From: Eledone cirrhosa
Taxonomy: Eukaryota
Direction: 5' to 3'
Assembly (NCBI GenBank): GCA_964016885.1
Contig: OZ024744.1
Span: 44,082,001 to 44,146,000 of the forward strand
DNA: 64,000 bases
Shown one piece after another: positions 56,859 to 64,000 of the stretch (position 1 is its first letter; every line of letters starts with the position of its first letter). The translations under genes and the position numbers were made by a program. The notes beneath the pieces are model-generated. The model ran no database searches. It was given only the letters and a program-made list of their open reading frames with translations, and was not told where the DNA came from.

Positions 56859-58403
56859 GGGGATTCCTTTCTTTGTTTCTGTGCCTCTTCTTTGTTCTGT
56901 CCTACGCCATTTTGTTTCTGTGTGTGTGTTGTGTGCTCAGTCTGCGCATGCGCCACAACTTATTCATGGTATGGTGGGACAGTAGACTTAAACTTAAACT
57001 TAAAGAACAATTAGAAGACCCCTTAACCCTGATAATGTACTCCCGCTACGTAGATGATATAAACATCGTAGTTAAGACACCCCCACTAGAGAACAGTCAG
57101 GAACTAGAGAAAAACACAATGGAAAGCATCCAGCAAATAGCAAACTCCATCGACCAGAGCATTAGAGTTACTATAGACTACCCAAGTAAACACCCCAACC
57201 ATCGATTACCTGTACTAGACACAGAGCTCTGGTTAGATACCATTAACAACAAAAAACAAATCCTCCATTCCCATTATGCCAAACCCATGACTTCCAAACA
57301 TCTGATCCACCGAAACTCGGCCATTTCGGACCATACCAAAATCAACATACTAATTGCGGATTTGGTACGGGTGATGAGAAACGTGTCCCGCATGTGCAAC
57401 CCCAAAGAACTAGAGACACATACAACACTACATCCACCGTATGCAGTTCTCTGGCTACAATCAGAGAGATAGAATCAGAGTGTATAGAGGAGCCAGAACC
57501 AAATGGGAAAAAATGGTAAATAATGACATAAATGGGACCTGCCCCTTGTATAGGAGCAAATTTTGGAATAGAATATAAAGAACTAGGAACAAGGCTAATA
57601 GAATAAACTCATGGTATGATAGCAATAAATACCAGAGTGTAATGTTCATCAATACAACCCCTAGAGGTGAATTAGCTTACAAATTTAGAAGGGCCCTAAA
57701 TAAACATAAACTCAATATTAAGATAGTAGAAAGACCAGGTATCTCCGTAAAAACACTTATTAGCAAGACATACCCTTTTCAAAGACCCCCATGTATAGAT
57801 AAGAAATGTATAACCTGTAAAATAAGCCCCCATATTAACTGTAAAACTAGAAATGTAGTGTATAGCATAAGATGTACTGAAGGACAATGTAGAGACAAAA
57901 ATATAGTGTACATAGGTGAGACAGCTCGTAGTGTAGGGGAACGGATAAATGAACACTGGCGAGACCTTCAAGATAATAAAGAATCATCTGTACTCTACCA
58001 ATATGCTAAGATAGAACACAAGGGTAAATTAGAGAACATAGAAATAAAAATAGAATCTACACACAGAAAAGACGCAATGTTTAGACAAATTACAGAGGCA
58101 ATAAACATAAAAGAATTACAACCAAAATTAAATAGAAAATAAGAGTGGAACAGCAACATCACAACTTACAATTAAGGACAAAATGAAAACACACACACAC
58201 ATAGAACAAACAACCAACCAGTAATATGTAAATAAACAAATAAATAAATGAACATAAACACACACAGACACCGGATGTGGCGCATGCGCAGACTGAGCAC
58301 ACAACACACACACAGAAACAAAATGGCAGAAAGAAAATGGCAGAAACAAAATGGCAGTAGGACAGAACAAAGGAGAGGCACAGAAACAAAGAAAGGAATC
58401 CCC

Positions 58404-58448
58404 AGTCACTGAAGAGGTCACAGAGTGTGTGACGAAAGAACTATGACT
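58404..58448 (+). ncRNA. Minimal type I hammerhead in the B2 pLTR
   Basis: agtca CTGAAGA g gtcaca-gagtg-tgtgac GAAA gaac TA tgact. Confidence 0.85.
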
Positions 58449-58652
58449 TTATATAAACAACTATCTGGTTGTGGAACCAACCAACCAACCAGAAATTTAT
58501 AAATTTATAAATTTATAAATATATAATAAATTGAAGTGAAAGCAACTGGTGCGTGTGTTTCTTATTGGCAACATGACACTCCCAAAGTATAACAATATCG
58601 GTTTCAACACACGATTTCAGATAAAGAATCTTGCTAAACAAATTCAGAAACG

Positions 58653-58692
<40 letters not shown>

Positions 58693-59087
58693 TGGTAAAC
58701 GGAATAGAAAATGCTGACAGATTGTTCACAGTGAAAAATAGTTTAATTAGGAATAAGTGAGAATTAGTAATAGTATTGGTTAGTATTCAGTTTTGGTTTT
58801 AAGTTTTACCGGTTGCGCATTTCTAATACTTTTCAAAAATAATTTTGAGATAGAGCGTCTGTGATGTTTGCTCTAATCTGATTAGTTTTGGAAATTCTAC
58901 CTGTTTTTATGTTAAAAAAGTGGCTCCAGCGGTATTAAAATAAGTTTTGCGCCAATTTGTGTTGCAAAAATTCTTGTGGTCAAAACAATTTTGATTGGTC
59001 GGTAGAGGTCATGTGAATGTAAAAAATTGATTTTGCGCCAAATGTAGGTTTGTGTCGGCTGACTGAGAGATAAGTATTTCACAACAA

Positions 59088-59165
<78 letters not shown>

Positions 59166-59410
59166 TAGTAGTAGTAGTAGTAGTAGTAAAGAGGTTCGTT
59201 TTTGTGATAATGGTCAGCAGGGATGTGTGTACGAAACCACAGCCTGTTGACAGTTCAAATGCCTATTAAGACAAGTGTGTGTGTGTGTGTGTGTGTGTGT
59301 AGCAGAGTAATTCGTGGTAGAGGGATGGTCAGTAGGAATGTGTCTGTAAGTGTGTGGGGGATATTTTAACATGTTAAAAGATATATTTTCAGCTCTTGTC
59401 TTATACGGAG

Positions 59411-59479
<69 letters not shown>

Positions 59480-59603
59480 TCTTTGTATGTTAGTGTGTCT
59501 CTTTGTATGTTAGTGTGTCTCTTTGTATGTTAGTGTCTCTAAGTGTGTGGGGGATATTTTAACATGTTAAAAGATATTTTTTCAGCTCTTGTCTTATACG
59601 GAG

Positions 59604-59646
<43 letters not shown>

Positions 59647-60317
59647 TGTGTGTGTGTGTGTGTGTGTCTTTGTATGTTAATGTACGCGTGTGTATATGTG
59701 TGTGTATATATGTGTGTGTGTGTGTGAGAGAGAATGTGTGTGTGTGTGGGTGGGTGGATTAGTATTTATTTCTGTTAAAATGGTGTAGATTATTCGATAT
59801 TTTCAGTAAAATCGATTCTCTCAATAGAACATCAAAAACCTTAATAATAAAAGGTGTGAAATGATATATAGTATTGGCATAATACCAAGGTGTGTGTGAG
59901 AGTGTGTCCAGATTGTACGTACTGCAAGGGGGATCCATTAGGCCTTGCCGTATTGGAATACCTGTGCACAAATATCTATCTGGAGTGTGTCCAGAAATTG
60001 TATACCTGTGCACAAATATGTATCTGGAGTGTGTCCAGATTGTACGTACTGCAAGGGGAATTCATTAGGCCTTGCCGTACTGGAATACCTGTGCACAAAT
60101 ATTATGTGCGCATCAGTGTGCAATGCATGTGTGCATTTATGTATGTGTGTGTGTCGGCACGTTTATATCTATAGACATCAAAAGGTATGCAAATGTGTGT
60201 ATATTTGTGTTGCACCATAGAACATGTGTGTTTACGTATGTCATTGTGTTTATATGTGGGTAGAGATGTATCCTGATGTAGGTATGTATGTTGACGTGTG
60301 TATGTTGTGGGTTCGTC

Positions 60318-61972
60318 TTAGGGAGAAGTGTTTAGACGGGGTCCGTATTTGTTAATAAAGTAAGATTCCTTGCTGATGCGCTGGGTGTGGGTGGCATTAT
60401 CTTTAAATTTGTAGAGGGGAAAGATTCTGAAGTTGGGTTGATTTTGGGCGGTACAGGTATCAATGTGTTCACTCAGTGGTATTTTCCTGTATTCCCGTAT
60501 TTTAATTTGGGATCTATGGACAGTCATACGTTAACGGAGGCTGTTTTTGGTCTGGCCTATGTATTGTTCTCGACAACCTGAGCAAGTTAATACATATATT
60601 ACATTTTCTGATGCGCATGTGAAATTGTGTTTTACTATAAAACGTTGTCCTTCTTTGAAATAAAATTCCGAACCCTCTATTAGGTTGATGCAGATTCCAC
60701 AGTTGGGTCTATCGCATTTTTTTACTGTGGGTTTCGTTGTTGTGGTTGGCAGTACTTTGGCATGTGTTAGGATGTTTTTCATTGACTTAGATTGTCTTTT
60801 GCTCTTTATGATATCATGTGTTCGTAGGATTTGGTTCATTCTATGGTCCTTTTTCAACACAGGGATGTTCTGGAGGATTGTGTCAAAGGCCTCATTGTTG
60901 AGGGTGTTGTGTGTGGAGATGTATGGAAGAGCTTTTAGTTTCGGTTGATTTACTTTAGGGTGTCTAAGGTCCTGGGTACTGAGTTTTAGGGCACGTTGGA
61001 TTCCATTGTCAATTAGTGATGCAGGGTATTCCCTGCCTATGAGTGTGTCCTTTAGTTCTTGTAGCCGTAAGTTGCAGGTGTTTTTATTGGAGACTATAGT
61101 ACAGATTCTCTTGGCTAAGTTGTAGGGAATATTAATTTTAACGTGTCCCGGGTGGCAAGAGTTGAAAGGAAGATATTGGAGTCTGTGGGCTTGTAGTATA
61201 TGTCTGTTTCTATTTTTTTGTTATGGATCTTAATGAGGATGTCGAGGAAGGGGAGTTGTTGATGGCTGTATTCCATCGTGAAGTTAATATTCGTGTTGAG
61301 CCCATTTATAAGGGTGTGAAATTCTTTAAGTTTCTAGATGTTTTCGTGCCAAAGGATGAAGCAGTCATCTAGATATCGCTTCCAGTTCCTTTCTATGTGT
61401 AAGTGGAGAGTGTTTCCAAATTTGTTTAGGACTTTAGTGTAGAGGGTGATTTCCAGGTATCCCATGACTAGGTTGGCATAAGTGGGGGCTGTTTTCGTTC
61501 CCATAGCGGTCCCAGATTTCTGCCCGTAGGGTTTGTTATTGAAAACGAAGTAATTGTTCTCCAAGATAAATTTGAGTCCCTCTATCACGAATTCTTTTTT
61601 GATGCGTTGTGGGAGTTCATTGTGGTAATTATCCAGCCAGAATTGGATAGCTTCTATTCCTAGGTTGTGGGGGATGTTGGAGTATAGGTTGACTACATCG
61701 AACGTCACTAGTAGGGTTTGTTCAGAAAGTGGCATATTAGGGAGGTGATTGAGCATATCTAGGTCGTCCCTCATATAGCTTTTGATGTGTTTGAGAAAAG
61801 GCTTGAGAAGGGTATCAATGAAGTTGTTGAGGCGGTGGGTTTCGCAAGCAGGGCCTGCTATTATAGGTCTTAATTTGAGATCATTGGGTGAGGGGACATT
61901 GATGACTATGTCTGTGGCTGCCTTGCATGCCTTACTTATTAATTCGCTTTTATGTACTTTGGGGATACCGAC
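60318..61972 (-). mobile_element. PLE family D (Neptune-like, Cys-rich linker), degraded; the 3' UTR probably continues through the (GT)n and duplicated region to about 59000
   Basis: VTFDVVNLYSNIP, GTAMGTKTAPTYANL, RYLDDCF, CDRPNCGIC and VIYVLTCSGCREQYIGQT. Confidence 0.88.
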
Positions 61973-61980
61973 CAATCAAA

Positions 61981-62478
61981 ATTGTGATGTTGCTGTTCCA
62001 TTCATGAATGGAACAGCAACATCACAACTTACAATTAAGGACAAAATGAAAACACACACGTACATAGAACAAACAACCAACCAGTAACATGTAAATAAAC
62101 AAATAAATAAACAAATATAAACACACACAGACACCCGGATGTAACACATGCGCAAACTAAGCACACAACACACACAAAAACAAGATGGCGTAGGAGAGGC
62201 AGAAAAACAAAGAAAATAATCCCAGTCTCTGAAGAGGTCACAGAATGTGTGACGAAAGAACTTTGACAATATATAAACAATCATCTGGTTGTGAAACCAA
62301 TGAACCAACCGGAAATTTATAAATTCCTAAATTTATAAATTTATTATAATAAATTGAAGTGAAACACTGGTGCGTGTGTTTCTTATTGGCAACATGACCC
62401 TCCCAAAGTATAACAATATCGGTTTCAACACACGTTTTCAGATGAAGAATCTTGCTAAACAAATTCAGAAACGAAATA
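61981..62478 (+). mobile_element. Solo pLTR of PLE family B2 with a degenerate HHR (62224-62268) and a 5' fold-back palindrome
   Basis: Matches 58141-58655; CTGAAGA ggtcaca...tgtgac GAAA gaac TT. Confidence 0.85.
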
Positions 62479-62485
62479 TAGAAAT

Positions 62486-62518
<33 letters not shown>

Positions 62519-62589
62519 AATATATATATATATAAATATATATATATATAAATATATATAAATATATATAAATATATATATATATATAA

Positions 62590-62638
<49 letters not shown>

Positions 62639-62711
62639 AATATATATAAATATATATATATATAATTATATATGAATATATATAAATATATATAAACATA
62701 TATAAATATAC

Positions 62712-62787
<76 letters not shown>

Positions 62788-62793
<6 letters not shown>

Positions 62794-63483
62794 GAATAAT
62801 CGAGAATCGGAAAAACAGCTCACGAATTAACGATAAACAATATCCGATATGTGTGGCAGAGGGCTCAATAATTTGGATAAATCAGAGCTATAACCATCGT
62901 TAAATTACCAACACATAGAGATTATGCCTAAAATCACACGTACAGCCGAAAAGGAACGACCAGGAAGATTCGGGTCACTCAAATAAAATATCAATAAATC
63001 AATAAATTAAATGAATGTAAAAAATTCACCCGGACCCGCTAGAAGGGTGTTAAATCTAGCTTCTTGGGTTTCTGCAATTCCTTAATCCATTCACTATCAG
63101 CCCACATAAAAAATATATAAGACTTCTAGAGAAGGACTGGACGCGGAAGAGCTTTCTCAACGGGATTCCGTCCGATAATAAAGATGGTACCCTTAGCACA
63201 TGTTACCCAGCAAGGGAGATAACCTCTACATTAGCGAAAGATTTCGGTGATGTGCAAATTATGTAAGAATACAAAATATCACATATCGAATCAGAGTGCT
63301 CAACAGACATGTTAAAATAAACAAGAGCTATTCATCAGTCAATAAGATCGACAAAAAAATAATCAATAAAATTAACTGGTCAATAGCTAAGGTCTAGAGC
63401 TAAATATAGTAGTATAATCGAGAATCGGAAAAACAGCTCCCGAATTAACGATAAACAATATCCGATATGTGTGGCAGAGGGCT

Positions 63484-63490
<7 letters not shown>
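62788..63490. repeat. Element of about 700 bp bounded by 85-bp direct repeats (period 618 bp); internal part homologous to 28790-29155
   Basis: 62788-62872 equals 63406-63490. CCCGGACCC, TGGGTTTCTGCAA, CTTTCTCAAC, AGCACATGT and ATCAGTCAATA blocks are shared in order with 28794-29150. Confidence 0.75.
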
Positions 63491-63554
<64 letters not shown>

Positions 63555-64000
63555 GTGTATGTATATATTTATATGTATGTATGTGTATGTGTATATATGT
63601 GTGTATTGCTTACCACGTGTGTTTGTTTATTTATTTGTGTCCTTTCCTGTATCGCTGTCAACTTAATAATAATTTTTATTTTCTTCAGTCTTATTTTATA
63701 TTTTTTATTTGTATGTGACGGCCTATTGCATTATATGGTTGTTCATGGTTTTTTATTTTTTATTATAATTAATTGTGTGCGCGTATGTAGGTGTGTATAT
63801 ATATCTATATATGTGTGTGCGTATGTATGCGTGTATATATGTGTGTATGTATGCGTGTGTATGTATGTGTATATATATATATATATATGTGTGTGTGTAT
63901 ATATGTGTGTGTTTGTGTATTTATGTGTATGTGTATGTATGGATATATATATATATATATAAGTGTATATATGTATGTGTATGTATATATATATATATAT

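Larger units (their letters stand above)
56659..58655 (+). mobile_element. PLE family B2, 5'-truncated, with an inverted pLTR (56659-56957)
   Basis: YSRYVDDI and YIGETARSVGERINEH. The left arm is the reverse complement of 58277-58596. Confidence 0.9.

Noticed and set aside
58595-58625. CTGAAA(T/A)...GAAA motif antisense in the family B pLTR end (also 62420 and 22850)
   Set aside because: The core deviates from CUGANGA and no stem I or III pairing was found.

Overview
This is an AT-rich eukaryotic window saturated with (TA)n, (CA)n and (GA)n microsatellites. Its SINE, RTE and satellite content suggests a cephalopod such as octopus (inference, not verified). I found no convincing host protein-coding gene. 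The window is a pile-up of mobile elements. It holds at least four families of Penelope-like retroelements (PLEs, RT plus C-terminal GIY-YIG), RTE, CR1-like and Hero-like LINE fragments, a hATm-type DNA transposon, Helitron ends, a Gypsy gag/LTR remnant and tRNA-type SINEs. Four observations stand out. (1) About 19 hammerhead-ribozyme (HHR) motifs from about 10 unrelated sequence families occur, several with very long stem II. (2) Two non-coding HHR elements resolve into circularly permuted monomers of about 525 and 421 nt, resembling retrozymes. (3) One PLE family with a C-terminal endonuclease has an insertion of about 70 aa in the RT fingers, at the position of the telomerase IFD. (4) Most PLE insertions have an RNA-3'-end copy facing outward into (TA)n at both sides. 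All folds and alignments were done by eye, and boundaries may be off by a few to tens of bp.
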